Part shown: piece after piece, positions 46,725 through 59,784 of the stretch
Numbering within the stretch: position 1 is the first letter of the stretch
Layout of the letters: each line of letters starts with the position of its first letter
Assembly (NCBI GenBank): GCA_030390025.1
Contig: CM059425.1
Span: 174,966,001-175,030,000, forward strand
DNA from: Squalus acanthias
Lineage: Eukaryota
Reading direction: 5' to 3'
Length of the DNA stretch: 64,000 nt
The notes under the pieces: model-generated
The model's database searches: none
What the model was told of the DNA's origin: nothing
What the model saw: the letters and a program-made list of their open reading frames with translations, nothing else
Position numbers and translations under genes: made by a program

Positions 46725-47230
46725 GGGGGGTCGGTGTCGTTGTCTCCCTGTGTCGGGGGTCGGTGTGTCTGGGGGGTCCCGGGCGGGGGTCGGTGTGTCT
46801 GGGGGGTCCCGGGCGGGGGTCGGTGTGTCTGGGGGGTCCCGGGCGGGGGTCGGTGTGTCTGGGGGTCCCGGGCGGGGGTCGGTGTGTCTGGGGGTCCCGG
46901 TTGGGGGTGCCGGGCGGGGGTCGGTGTGTCGGGGGTCCTGGGCGGGGGTGTCGTTGGGGGGTGCCGGGCGGGGGTCGGTGTCGGGGGTCCCGGGCGGGGT
47001 GTCGGGGGTCCCGGGCGGGGGTCGGTGTCGGGGGTCCCGGGCGGGGGTCGGTGTTGGGGGGTTCCCGGGCGTGGGGTCGGTGTTGGGGGGTGCCGGGCGG
47101 GGGTCGGTGTCGGGGGTCCCGGGCGGGGGTGTCTGGGGTCCCGGGCGTGGGTCGGTGTTTGGGGGTCCCGGGCGGGGGTCGGTGTCGGGGGTCCCGGGCG
47201 GGGTCGGTGTCGGGGGTCCCGGGCGGGCCG
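46725..47230 (+). repeat. G-rich minisatellite (about 26-30 bp unit GGGGGTCGGTGTGTCTGGGGGGTCCCGGGC) at the start of SRP19 intron 1
   Basis: Three near-perfect 30-bp copies from about 46755 followed by degenerate shorter copies. Confidence 0.95.
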
Positions 47231-47879
47231 AGTTAATGTGTATCTAAATGTAACGAGCTGTGTGGAACCCGCGGCCTCATTGTTGCAACGTTCCATATGG
47301 AGCCTCCAATCCGCCGGCAGAAAGCAGCGTCAGGGCGCCGCCTGATGCGCACTGTTGCACTTTAAAGCGGCGGGCTTTTGTATGCAGACTTTTAACAACA
47401 CAAAACCTTCCATTTATTCACCGTTTTGGGCCGTCCCTCGCACACCGGCAGCTTCAGCTTCAGGTTGCGGGTGAGTCCCGTCGATTAGCCCGGACGTCGC
47501 TCCTTTCGAGAAGTGGGACTGACCTGGAGGTGCTGAGCCCGGAGTTCATCAAAGGGGACACCACTGTTCACATCCCTCCATTCTGAAAAACATCCAGTAA
47601 CCATCACTATGGCTTTTGTCTTTTAACCTACTTGCTATCCATGCTGCCACACTTTCCATAATTTTACCAGCAAGTGCTCGAATCATGTTTGTTTATTGAT
47701 CTCGTGTTCTGGGAAATAGGAAAGTACAGAGCAACTAGAATACCGATAAATCCCCTACATGTAGAATTGTATTGTCTGAAAGCATTATTGGAAAAGACAG
47801 GTGACTGGAATACTGAGCACTGCTTGTAGGCCTTATAAAATAGAGAGCTGTAAGTGTATGAATACAGGTTTATATTTTA

Positions 47880-48140
47880 CACAGAGATGCGAAGAAGTTT
47901 CTTCACACAGAGAGTGGTGAATCTTTGGAATTCTCTACCCCAGAGGGACTGTGGAGGCTCAGTCATTGGGTATATTCAAGACAGAAGTCGATAGATTTCT
48001 GACTAGTAAGGGCATCAAGGGATATGGCGATAAGGCCTGTGAATGGAGTTGAGGCAGAAGATCAGCCATGATCTCATTGAATGGCGGAGCAGGCTCGAAG
48101 GGCCGAATGGCCTACTCCTGCTCCTATTTCTTATGTTCTT
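47880..48140 (+). mobile_element. CR1 3' end fragment
   Basis: FFTQRVVNLWNSLP block and tail GGCCTACTCCTGCTCCTATTTCTTATGTTCTT. Confidence 0.85.
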
Positions 48141-48445
48141 GTATATAAAATAAATCTACTATTTAGCAGAAACACTTAAATAACTAAGTGTTGTTTATGA
48201 CTACAGGATGGGGAAAAGAAATCCAGACATTTATGGTGGAACTTGTTAAAAAATCAACTTTAATGATACCTAGCAGAGATAATTGAATCAGTGGGGAAGT
48301 TAGATAAACTCAGTCTCTTTTGTTACATACAGAAGAACAATAATGTAAATTCCTCTTCAGTATTGGAGATGATTTTTGTGATAACCTAGGGAAATCTGTT
48401 TTGAGGTGGGTTCAAAATCTAAATCAACTTTTATTTGCTTTGAAG

Positions 48446-48521
48446 GTTTATTTGCATATATCCAGCATATATAAACAGCAAAAAGACTATAGCAGAAGGA
48501 AGAAGAATACCAGTAGAAAAG
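48446..48521 (+). CDS. SRP19: SRP19 exon 2
   Basis: tttgaag acceptor, gtgaga donor; (R)FICIYPAYINSKKTIAEGRRIPVEK. Confidence 0.97.
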
Positions 48522-49421
48522 GTGAGATTAAGGAAGGCTTCTGTTTTTTTTATATATATATTGCATTCCGTGATAATTGCCAAATGTGTACTGAAGATAA
48601 AGCCCAAACAGCTATGGCTGCGGCATGGCCCTTATCTCCAAGTTGCACTTTGGCCTCTCCCCAACTCCTCCAGCTCCTCCTTCTTTGAGTATCTTGTCCT
48701 TTTCCATCCCTCTTGCTTTTCATTTAAGTTTGGTCTAGCACTCCCCAAGCCTCACACTGACTTCCATCTCAAGATGTCCTTAGTTTCTCCTCCTTTAGCC
48801 TCTGCAGCAAACAACTCCTTATCCTGGGTGGTTCCATTTTTCAACTTGACTCCCCTTGCTCAGATTATTCCTCTCAATTCACTGTTTTCCACCATGCTGT
48901 CTTGTTTTAACCACTCTCCATTGTCCAGCTCCTTGCGTCTGCCCTTGCATGGTTGCATTCACAGTGCAACCAGATCAGTTCCAGCAATAGTCTCTCCCTG
49001 AATTGTTACCCCAGGAATCACCTAGGAGTCTATCCTTGACTCCCTCTTCTTCAGCTACATACTGGCCTTTGACAGCAACATCTTCAGATATGGAATCAGC
49101 TTGCACTCGTGCACCGTTGACACCCAGTCCTTCCCTGAACTGCCTCTGTGCTTTTAGACATCTCCACTCCTTTCACCTTGCCATCAATCGCAGGACCTTC
49201 TGCTACCTGGTCCCACCCCTTGGAATTCCCTGCCTAAACCTCTTTCTTCCCCCTCCCCTTATTTAAAAAAAAATCTCAAGACCCATCTCTTTGACATGCT
49301 TAATCAATCCTTTCCTGGCATCAGTTTTCCATGTGCTTATTCTGTGAAGTGCCTAGGGACATGTTTTTCATAATTGGAAATTGTTGTATCAGTTATAATA
49401 ACCATGTTTGTTTCTGTGAAG

Positions 49422-49493
49422 GCTGTTGAAAACCCAACATTTGGAGAAATTCGAGATGTTTGTGCAGCAGCAGGACTAATTGCGATTGTAGAG
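49422..49493 (+). CDS. SRP19: SRP19 exon 3
   Basis: gtgaag acceptor, gtatta donor; AVENPTFGEIRDVCAAAGLIAIVE. Confidence 0.96.
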
Positions 49494-49606
49494 GTATTAT
49501 TTATTGTGTTTAATATTACTTTTGCTGAATATTAAACATTTCATAAAACTCCTGACTTTTTTCCCACGTACCCATTAATATACCTGTTACTGTACACTGT
49601 TTTCAG

Positions 49607-49715
49607 AATAAACTGTACCCACGTGAGTGGAACAGAGATGTACAATTCAGAGGCAGAATACGTGTTCAACTGAAAAATGAGGATGGTTCCTTCTGTTTAG
49701 AGCAGTTTCCCACAC
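49607..49715 (+). CDS. SRP19: SRP19 exon 4
   Basis: ttttcag acceptor, gtaagt donor; NKLYPREWNRDVQFRGRIRVQLKNEDGSFCLEQFPT(R). Confidence 0.97.
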
Positions 49716-49904
49716 GTAAGTAACTGAATCTTCTCAAATGCACAAGGGCCTGTTACTTATGCAGTGTGTCTTGTGCACTAGATGATTTTTACTTTTCCTG
49801 AACGATGTCTATAACCCTGTGCACTTTACTTTTTTCAAAGCAATTAATGTAATTCCACCCATATCACTGTACCATTAACAAAAGGATGGATTAAGGTGTA
49901 AGGT

Positions 49905-51030
49905 TTGACAAAGTATCACATAATAGACTTAGCAAAATTAAAGCCCATGGGATTAAAGAGACAGTGGCAATGTGGATACGAATTTGGCTAAGGGACAGAA
50001 AGTAGAGAGTAGTGATGAACGGTTGTTTTTCAGACTGGAGGGAAGTAAACAGTGATGTCCCCCGGGGGTCGGTATTGGGACCACTACTCTTTCTAATATA
50101 TATTAATGACCTGGACTTGGGTATAGGTGATATAATTTCAGAGTTTGCAGATGACACGAAACTCTGAAATGTAGCAAACAACGAGGAGGATAGTAACAGA
50201 CTTTAGGAGGACCAAGACAGACTGGTGAAATGGGCAGGCACATGGCAGATGAAATTTAATGCAGAGAAGTGTGAGGTGATACATTTTGGTAGGAAGGATG
50301 AAGAGAGGCAATATAAACTAAATGGTACAATTTTAAAGGGGGTGCAGGAACAGAGACCTGGGGGTGTATGAACTCACATCTTTAAAGGTGGCAGGACAAG
50401 TTGAAAAGGCTGTTAAAAAAGCATACAGGATCCTTGGCTTTATTAATTGAGGCATAGAGTACAAAAGCAAGGAAGTTAGGATAAACCTTTATAAAACAGG
50501 CCTCAGTTGGAGTATTCTGTTCAATTCTGGGCACCACACTTTAGGAAGGATGTCAAGGCTTTGGAGAGGGTGCAGAAGAGACTTGCTGGAATGGTACCAG
50601 GGATGAGGAACTTCAGTTATGTGGAGAAGTTGGGGTTGTTCTCCTTCTAGGAGAGAAGGTTAAGAAGGAAATTTGATAGTTCTTCAAAATCGTGAATAGT
50701 TTTAATAGAGTAAATAAGGAGAAACTGTTTCCAGTGGCAGAGGGTCGGTAACCAGAGGACACATTTAAGGTGATTGGCAAAAGAACCAGAGGCGACATTA
50801 AAAAATTTTATGTACGAGTTGTTGTGATGTGGAATGCACTGCCTGAAAGGCTGGTGGAAGCAGATTCAGTTGTAACTTTCAAAAGGGACTTGGATAAATA
50901 CTTGCAGGGAAAACATTTACAGGGCTATGGGGAAAGATCAGGGGAGTGGGACTAATTGGATATCTCTACCAAGGAGCCAACACAGGCACAAGGGGCCGAA
51001 TGGCCTCCTTCTGTGCTCTATGATTCTAAG
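49905..51030 (+). mobile_element. CR1 LINE, 5'-truncated RT half
   Basis: FDKVSH, VPRGSVLGPLLFLIYINDL, FADD, WQMKFNAEKC and 3' tail; degenerate. Confidence 0.88.
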
Positions 51031-51121
51031 ATTTTGGTGTTAGGACATGTTGTGGTGCATTGTTATGTGGTAACAGATTTAATCATGTACTGCTTGAGCA
51101 GTGTGAAACTGATGTTTCAAA

Positions 51122-51520
51122 CAAGAACAACTTGTATTTATATAGCACCTTTAACGTAGTAAAACGTCGCAAGGTGCTTCACAGGACTGTTATAAAACAC
51201 AATTTCACACCGAGCCACATAAGAAGAAATTCGGGCAGATGACCAAAAGCTTGGTCAAAGAGGTAGGTTTTAAGGAGCGTCTTAAAAGAGGAAGAGAGGT
51301 AGAGGTTTAGGGAGGGAATTCCAGAGCTGAGGGCCCCAGGCAGCTGAAGGTACGGCTGCCAATGGTGGAGCGAATAAAATCAGGGATGCTCAAGGCCAGA
51401 ACTAGAGGAGCGTAGATATCGCTGGGGGGGAGGAAGCTGGACGAGATTAGAGATAGGGAGGGGCAAAGCCATGGCGGGATTTGAAAACAAGGATGAGAAT
51501 TTTAAAATCGAGGTGTTGCA
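51122..51520 (-). mobile_element. L2-like 3' end fragment
   Basis: Near-identical to 7205-7630. Confidence 0.75.
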
Positions 51521-51626
51521 TAAACTTAAACTGCTGAATAAACATCAAAGACCACAAACCAATGAACTTTCTGAATCCAGTTGTACAGGAGGCAGGCAGA
51601 ATAGTGTGAAAATTCCATTTGATATA

Positions 51627-51956
51627 CAGGAAACTCTCGTTTAAACGGCACCTAATTCTCTCATAACCGGCAAAATTCTGGAGTAGGTTTTGAGACTTCC
51701 GTATGCTGTATATTTGTGGCTGTGTAACCAGGGTTCTCGTACCTTTTGCCATGTAACCATGGCTCCTGCACCTCCTGGTTGTGTAACCGGGTCCCCTGTA
51801 CCTATGGCTGTGTTACGGGGCTCCAGCACTTGTGGCTGTGGAACGGGGCTCTCGTACCTTGGGCCATTGTCACTCCATGTCCCTTCGTTATCTGGAATTT
51901 TTAATCAACCGGCACCATCCTGGTCCCGTAGGTGCTGGATACGAAAGAGTTTCCTG
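51627..51956. mobile_element. Tc1/mariner (pogo/Tigger-like) MITE
   Basis: TA at both sides (51625-51626, 51957-51958); TIR CAGGAAACTCT..GCACCTA / TAGGTGC..AGAGTTTCCTG; five degenerate 27-30 bp internal repeats at about 51715-51860. Confidence 0.8.
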
Positions 51957-52164
51957 TATGTACACTTTGATACTAGTGGCTTTGCTTATTTGGACATCAA
52001 CAATGATCTTACAACTTACAATCTTACAGTGGTGAGATGTATTCATTTTAAATGGAAACCCCTCTGTCTTGTGACACCGATTTATCTGTTTTCTCTCTAG
52101 TTTGTGATGTTAGACACATAGAAATTACAATACGGACACAGCCAATCGGCCCAATCAGTCTGTT

Positions 52165-55100
52165 CATACATACATACGAATTAGGAGCAGGAGTAGGCCA
52201 CTCAGCCCTTCGAGCCTGCGCCGCCATTCAATAAGATCGTGGCTGATCTGATTACTCCACATTCCCGCCTACCCCCGATAACTTTTCACCCCCTTGCTTA
52301 CCAAGAATCTATCTACCTCTGCCTTAAAAATATTCAAAGACTCTGCTTCCACCGCCCTCTGAGGAAGAGAGGTCCAAAGACTCACGACCCTTGGAGAAAA
52401 AATTTCTCCTCATCTGTCTTAAATGGGCGACCACTTATTTTAAAACAGTGACCCCTAGTTCTAGATTCTCCCACAAGAGGAAACATCCTCTCCACATCCA
52501 CCCTGTCCAGACCCCTCAGGATCTTATATGTTTCAATCAAGTCACCTCTTATTCTTCTAAACTCCAGTGGATACAAGCCTAGCCTGTCCAACCTTTCCTC
52601 ATAAGACAACCCGCCCATTCCAGGTATTAGTCTAGTAAACCTTCTCTGAACTGCTTCCAATGCATTTACATCCTTCCTTAAATAAGGAGACCAATACTGT
52701 ACACAGTACTCCAGATGTGGTCTCACCGATGCCCTGTATAACTGAAGCATAACCCCCCTAACTTTTGTATTCAATTCCCCTCGCAATAAACGATAACATT
52801 CTATTAGCTTTCCTAATTACTTGCTGTACCTGCATAGTAACCTTTTGTGATTCATGCACTAGGACACCCAGCTCCCTCTGCATCTCAGAGCTCTGCAATC
52901 TCTCACCATTTAGATAATATGCTTCTTTTTTATTCTTCCTGCCAAAATGGACAACTTCACATTTTCCCACATTATACTCCATTTGCCAGATCTTTGCCCA
53001 CTCACTTAACTTATCTATATCCCTTTGTAGCCTCCTTATGTCCTCTTCACAATTTACTTTCCTACCTATCTTTGTGTCATCAGCAAATTTAGCAACCATA
53101 CCTTTGGTCCCTTCATCAAGTCATTTATATAAATTGTAAAAAGTTGAGGCCCCAGCACTGATCCCTGTGGCACACCACTCGTTATATCTTGCCAATCAGA
53201 AAATGACCCATTTATACCTACTCTCTGTTTCCTGTTAGCTAGCCAATCTTCTATCCATGCCAATATGTTACCCCCTACACCGTGAGCTTTTATTTTCCGC
53301 AATAACCTTTTGATGTGGCACCTTATCAAATGCCTTCTGGAAATCTAAGTACAGTACATCCACCGGTTCCCCTTTATCCACAGCACATGTTACTTCCTCA
53401 AAGAACTCCAATAAATTGGTTAAACATGATTTCCCTTGCACAAAACCATGTTGACTCTGCCTGATTACTTTGAACTTTTCTAAATGCCCTGCTATAACGT
53501 CTTTAATAATAGCTTCGAACATTTTCCCCATGACAGATGCTAAGCTAACTGGCCTGTAGTTTCCTGCTTTCTGTCTCCCTCCCTTTTTGAATAAAGGAGT
53601 TACAATCGCTATTTTCCAATCTAATGGAACCTTCCCCGAATCTAGGGAATTTCGGAAAATTAAAACCAATGCATCAACTATCTCACTAGCCACTTCTTTT
53701 AAGACCCTAGGATGAAGTCCATCAGGACCCGGGACTTGTCAGCCCGCAGCTCCAACAATTTGCTCAGTACCACTTCCCTGGTGATTATAATTTTCTTGAG
53801 TTCCTCCCTCCCTTCCATTTCCTGATTTACAGCTATTTCTGGGATGTTACTTGTATCCTCTATAGTGAAGACTGATGCAAAATACCTATTCAGTTCAGCT
53901 GCCATCTCATTTTCCATTATTAATTCCCCAGACTCACTTTTTATAGGACCAACGCTCACTTTGTTAACTTTTCTTTTTAAATATCTATAGAAACTCTTAC
54001 TATCTGTTTTTATATTTCTAGCTGGCCTTCTCTCATACTCTAATTTTTCTCTCCTTATTAATCTTTTAGTCATGCTTTGCTGTTTTTTATATTCTGTCCA
54101 ATCTTCAGACCTGCCACCCATCTTTGCGCAATGATATGCTTTTTCTTTAAGTTTAATACTATCTTTAACTTTTTTAGTTAACCAGGGATGGTGGGTCCTC
54201 CCCTTGGAATTTTTCTTTCTTGTTGGAATGTATATATTCTGTGTATTTTGAAATATCCCCTTAAATGTCTGCCACTGCAACTCTGTTGACCTATCCCTTA
54301 ACCTAATTTGCCAGTTCACTTTAGCTAGCTCTGCTTTCATGCCCTCATAATTGCCCTTATTTAAGTTTAAAATACTAGTCTTGGACCCACTCTTCTCTCT
54401 CTCTCAAACTGAATGTAAAATTCAATCATATTATGATCGCTGCTACCTAGGGGCGCCTTCACTATGAGGTCATTAATTAATCCTATCTCGTTGCACAATA
54501 CCAGGTCTAGAATAGCCTGCTCTCTGGTTGGCTCCAGAACATGCTGTTGTAAGAAACTATCCCGAAAACATTCCATGAACTCCTCATCTATGCTACCTTT
54601 GCCCATCTGATTTTTCCAGTCTATATGCAGATTAAAATCCCCCATGATTATTGCCGTACCCTTCTGACAAGCTCCCATTATTTCTTCCTTTATACTCCAT
54701 CCTACCATGTGGTTACTGTTAGGGGGCCTGTACACCACTCCCACAAGTGACTTCTTGCCTTTATTATTCCTCATCTCTACCCAAACCGCTTCTACATCCT
54801 GGTTTCCTGAACTTAGGTCATCCCTCTCTATTGTGCTAATACCATTATTAATTAACAGAGCCACCCCTCCACCTTTTCCCACCTTCCTGTCCTTCCTAAA
54901 TGTCATGTACCCTTCAATATTCAGGTCCCAATCTATGTCATCCTGCAGCCATGTTTCTGTAGTGGCTATCAGATCATATTTATTTATTTCTATTTGCGCT
55001 ATCAGTTCATCTGTTTTGTTTCGAATGCTACGAGCATTCAGATGCAGAGCCTTTAGTTTTGTCCTTTTATTATTTTTGTAACCTCTAGCCTTATCTGTTG

Positions 55101-56557
55101 ATTTACTGTTCGATTTGTACTCTCTATCCCTTCCTGTCACAGTCTGTTTATCATTTCCCATATTAATACCTTTCTCTATTGCCTTGTCTCTAATCTTTGA
55201 ATTACCACATCTTCCCAAATTTGATCCCATGCCCCCAATATTTAAAGCCCTCTCTACCACCCTAGTTATATGACTCGCCAGAACACTGGTCCCAGCACGG
55301 TTCAGGTGAAGACCGTCCCAACGATACAGATCCCACTTTCCCCAGTACTGGTGTCAGTTCCCCAGGAATTGAAACCCATTTCTCCCACACCAGTCTTTGA
55401 GCCACGCATTCATCTCTCTAATTTTATTTACCCTGTGCCAATTTGCTCGTGGCTCAGGTAATAATGCAGACATTATTACCCTTGAGGTTCTACTTTTTAA
55501 TTTAGCCCCTAGCTGCTCATACTCTCTCAGCAGAACCTCTTTCCTAGTTCTACCTATGTCATTGGTACCTACATGGACTATGACCACTGGCTCCTCCCCC
55601 TCCCACTGCAAGTTCCTCTCCAGCCCAGAGCAGATGTCCCGAACCCTGGCACCGGGCAGGCAACACAGCCGTCTGGATTTTCTCTCTTGGCCGCAGATAA
55701 CTATCTATCCCCCTGACTATGCTGTCTCCAATTACCACTACATTCCTAATAACTCCCCCCCGCTTGAATGGCTTCCTGTACCTCAGTGCCATGGTCAGTT
55801 TGCTCATCCACCCTGCAGCCACCGCTTTCATCCATACAGGCCGCAAGAACCTCAAACCTGTTGGACAATTGCAAAGGCTGAGGCTCCTCCACCTCCTGGG
55901 TCCCCATACCTGCCTCACTCGGAGTCACATTCTCCTGTCCCTGACTACTGACCAAATCAGAAGACCCTATCCTAAGGGGTGTGACTGCCTCCTGGAATAA
56001 AGTGTCCAGGTAACTTTCCCCCTCCCTGATGCATCGCAGAGTCCGCAGCTCGGCCTCCAGCTCATCAACTCTGAGCCGAAGCTCCTCAAGCCGCAGACAC
56101 TTACCGCAGACGTGTTCGTCCTGGATCACACTGGCGTCCAGGAGCTCCCACATACTGCCATCTTTATTGAGTCTTAATTAATTTAATTTTAATAATTAAT
56201 AATTAACAAACCCTACGACACCTACTAAGATTTATTACTGCTAGTAAACTAGTACTAATGAAACCTTAACAATTACTAATAAATTTCCTGGGCTTTAAAA
56301 GATAAGGGAAGTGAGCAAAATACTCACCAACCAATCACTTACCCTTTTCCCTGTGATGTTACCTTTTATTTTTCTCCAGATGTGGTTGGGGGGTGTCACA
56401 GAGCCGAACTCCCGCTGGGTCTCTGTCCCCTCTTGTGCAGCTTTTTAGTTCCTGCTCTCCTGGAAGCTGACAAAGATAGAAAAAGAAAGGAACACCTCCC
56501 TCCCCAGACTCCCTCACTCACCAAACTCGCAGCTTAACACACTGTTCCAAGCTGCAC
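52165..56557 (-). mobile_element. Full-length CR1 LINE in SRP19 intron 4, antisense to the gene, frameshifted
   Basis: ORF1 (MWELLD...VCGKCLRLEELRLRVDELEAEL; VVIGDSIVRG; HVGTNDIG), ORF2 APE and RT ([39 protein letters not shown]); tail (GTAT)n; TCTGTT at 52159-52164 and 56558-56563. Confidence 0.95.
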
Positions 56558-57969
56558 TCTGTTTATCTTCCCCCATGAGCAGTAGTCCAAATCCTATGTG
56601 CCCACTCTGTTCCTATATCCCTTTATTCCTGTTTCTGCCAACCTCCTATCTACCCTACTCTTAAATGTTGAAATGGTTTCTACTTCAATCATTGAGTCAG
56701 TGCATTCCACAGCCTTGCATGATTCCACTTGCCTAGTTTTTTAAATCTCGAAATTGGCAAACATTTAATAATCAGGTGTTATAACCCAGCAAAACCCTCC
56801 CTCCCTATTGGGAACAACACAATCTTGTAAACTGTGAAGGCTTGCCCAATGGCAGGAAACATGATTTAAATGAGCATCTCCGTAAAGCAATGGAAAGACT
56901 TTAAAAGAACATGAAAATTGCTGACTGTAAAGCCATGGGAGACAAGACCACACACAAAAAATGACCAGAAAATGGGAGAAATTGGAGGGAGAAAAAATAT
57001 CTGAAGATGTAGGAATTAAGACATGAAAATGGAAAATTATGGAAATGTACAGTAGGTCCTGACGAGACCACCTTCCAAATTTAAAGTAGCTTCACTCTGA
57101 ATAGGCTCCATTAGTTTTAAAGGCACCCTTCAATGTGTTAAGTTATGCCAAAATGTATTAATCAAAACTCTTTGAAACTCCTCTTCAAATGGATTAACAA
57201 CCTGACAAAGAACACTTCACTATTTGAGATCTGTCTTTAACCATACTTGAATTCAGTAAGTTACTACACAGTCACATACTTATTAGTTCCTTTTATTATT
57301 GGTATGCTCACCCTATTCCCAAAAACGTTCATATAAAATCTTCAGTTCAGTCTTGTTTGGAAATGCTTATCCTCCTGCACTGGATCCATGGAGTGGAGCA
57401 GTTGGGTGGAAGCGTGGAGCACAGAATCAGGGAGAGTAGCAGTGGGGCTGAGGAAATTAAAATATATTCTGTCACTTCTTCTAGAGTCAGATCTACAAAG
57501 CTGCTGGAATGGATGAGATCCAAATTTAGGCAGAAAAGTGCTAAGTTCACGTAAGGGGGGTGGGGTGGGGGGCGGGGAAATGAATAAAGTTGGTTATATC
57601 AGGAAATGGGTTGTTAGTGATGGCTTCTGATCTTTGGTGGATCTGGGGAAGCTATATGCATCTAACTGAAGGAAATAGTCGGGTGATTACCAGTGACCAA
57701 TTGGCTTGCTTGGGAGAGGAAAGGGACACCATACCATGCTGGACTGGAGGAGGACAGGGGCACAAAACTCTTGTTTAAAAAATATTTTAGTCGACTATCT
57801 CCAGTATTAGTGAAAGATGTTTCTATTGAATCTCTAAGGGAGCGTATTGGCATTGAAAATAGAACAGTGCAAACTGAGGCTCTTTAAAAATCGCTATAAT
57901 AAATTTGTAAAGAAATTGCTATTTTTCTCCCCCTCTTTTCCTTACATTGCCCCCCACTCCCACCCCCAG

Positions 57970-58103
57970 GTAAATCAGTAATGTTGTATGTAGCAGAAAT
58001 GATTCCAAAACTGAAGACCAGGACCCAAAAGGCTGGAGGAGGTGACCAGAATGCACAACCAGGTGAAGGTGGCAAGAAGAGCAAGAAGAAGAAGAAGAAG
58101 TGA
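57970..58103 (+). CDS. SRP19: SRP19 exon 5 (terminal coding part)
   Basis: ccccag acceptor; (R)KSVMLYVAEMIPKLKTRTQKAGGGDQNAQPGEGGKKSKKKKKK then TGA; five exons total 429 nt = 142 aa. Confidence 0.98.
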
Positions 58104-58771
58104 TTCTATTGATGGTGCTGGCTTTAGTTATATTTATTTTGAAATCATTCCTATGTAGTTAAACCCATTGAGCATTCTGTTTTCTTTTGGTCCGTAATGT
58201 AGGACAAAACTGGCACCACCTTTAAATTTAATATTCTATGTCGTGGGAGGGAAGAAATTCAAAACATTACAATTGCTTTAGATTAAATTACGAACATTTT
58301 CAGTTTTTTAAAACGTGCCCTGCTAAGGTTAACCTTTCAGTCACTATATTGTTACACTAAATGTCTGGTTTGGAGTTGGTGTCTGTTAACAAAATGAGTA
58401 TAAGTCATACATTCTATATCTTTTGGACAGGATTAATGGTTATGTTGAAAATCAAGTCCTATTGTATATGTCTCTAAAAATGCTAAGCCATGTTTAAATT
58501 TAAGTGCTTTTCATATTTTTCAGTGTTCAACAGAATGGAGCTTTAAAAAGTGGAAACAGAATAGTTGAAATCTAAATTTGACAGAGGCCTACTTTTAGGG
58601 GCAGATCAATATTAGTTAAAAAGACACAACTGTGGCATTTAAAGTAAGAATTTATCAAAACATGAAGTGGCAAAGGATGCAATTCACTAGCTGTAAAGCA
58701 TGTTAAAGCTGCCTGGCAGGTTTCTTGCTTAAAAAGAAATTAATGTTCTTTGTTTACCTGAATGTCATGAA

Positions 58772-58777
58772 AATAAA
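58772..58777 (+). terminator. Candidate SRP19 polyadenylation signal
   Basis: First AATAAA I found after the stop codon, followed by T/GT-rich sequence and then transposon DNA. Confidence 0.55.
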
Positions 58778-59784
58778 TAGTTGTGTTTTCCATTGCAATT
58801 TCTTCTTAGTTGCAGAAACCTAACTGATATTTAAGTGTAAGATTGAAAATGCACTTGGGAACATGGGAAAGTACAGGATCGGAAAGGACCACACAGTCCG
58901 TCGGGCCAGTCCCAAAAACTGATGACTTTCAATTGCCCATCTTGTTCTCCCCCAGATATTTCCACACTATCTGCTTCCACATATTCACTCTCCTTTTCGT
59001 AAATTGTGAACCTTCTTGCTTCTACGCCTGAGTTAACGTTCCTAAAGTTTGTGGTAACCTGGAACATAATACCGGGGTTCAATTTATTTATTCCCTGAAG
59101 AATATTAAACATATTTCCCCAAGCCTTCTACTTAAATATCCCAGGCTCTTCATCCCATCCTCATAGCTCAGATACCTTAAGCTAGATATCTGTTTGGGGG
59201 CCCTTTTCTGCACTACATGGATATCCTTGATGTAGTAGTGACTGGAATTATTGTACACAGGTGCTCCAGGTGTGGCCATACCAGTGCCTTGCAGAGACTC
59301 GTCTGCTGGAATTTGTACTCCATACCTCTGACGGAAACATCCCCAGCTTTCCTTATTGTTGGTTTCAGTGAACTATCCAGCAATACCCCCAAATTCCTCA
59401 TGTTATATGGTTGCTTGGGCTGCAATTTTCTGTTTTTCCAAATAAAATATCGAAGGCTTAAAAACCTGTGCTCTGGTTTCAGGCAGCATAATGAGGGAAT
59501 AGGACTTGGAATCAGCTAGTTCCTTGGAAGACTACCCTTTTGGAATGCCCAGGGTTGGGCAATTAGGATATTGCCCATCTGTGCCTGTATCTGTGTATCT
59601 AGGATGCCTGCTTGGTGGGAGGGTATATGGCAGGGGCCAGCTGCTTGGGTGCAGAGCTGGCAGGTTCATGGAAATTATAAACATGGGCCACTTTCTAGAA
59701 CTGATTTCCTTACGACAGACGGTGAGTTTGCATCCTTTTGGTGTGCCCTACTGTAAAGATTGCATGCTTGCTTCCTGCAGATAG

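Noticed and set aside
46631..47345. Overlapping 157-221 aa Gly/Pro-rich ORFs
   Set aside because: Artefacts of the G-rich minisatellite in SRP19 intron 1.
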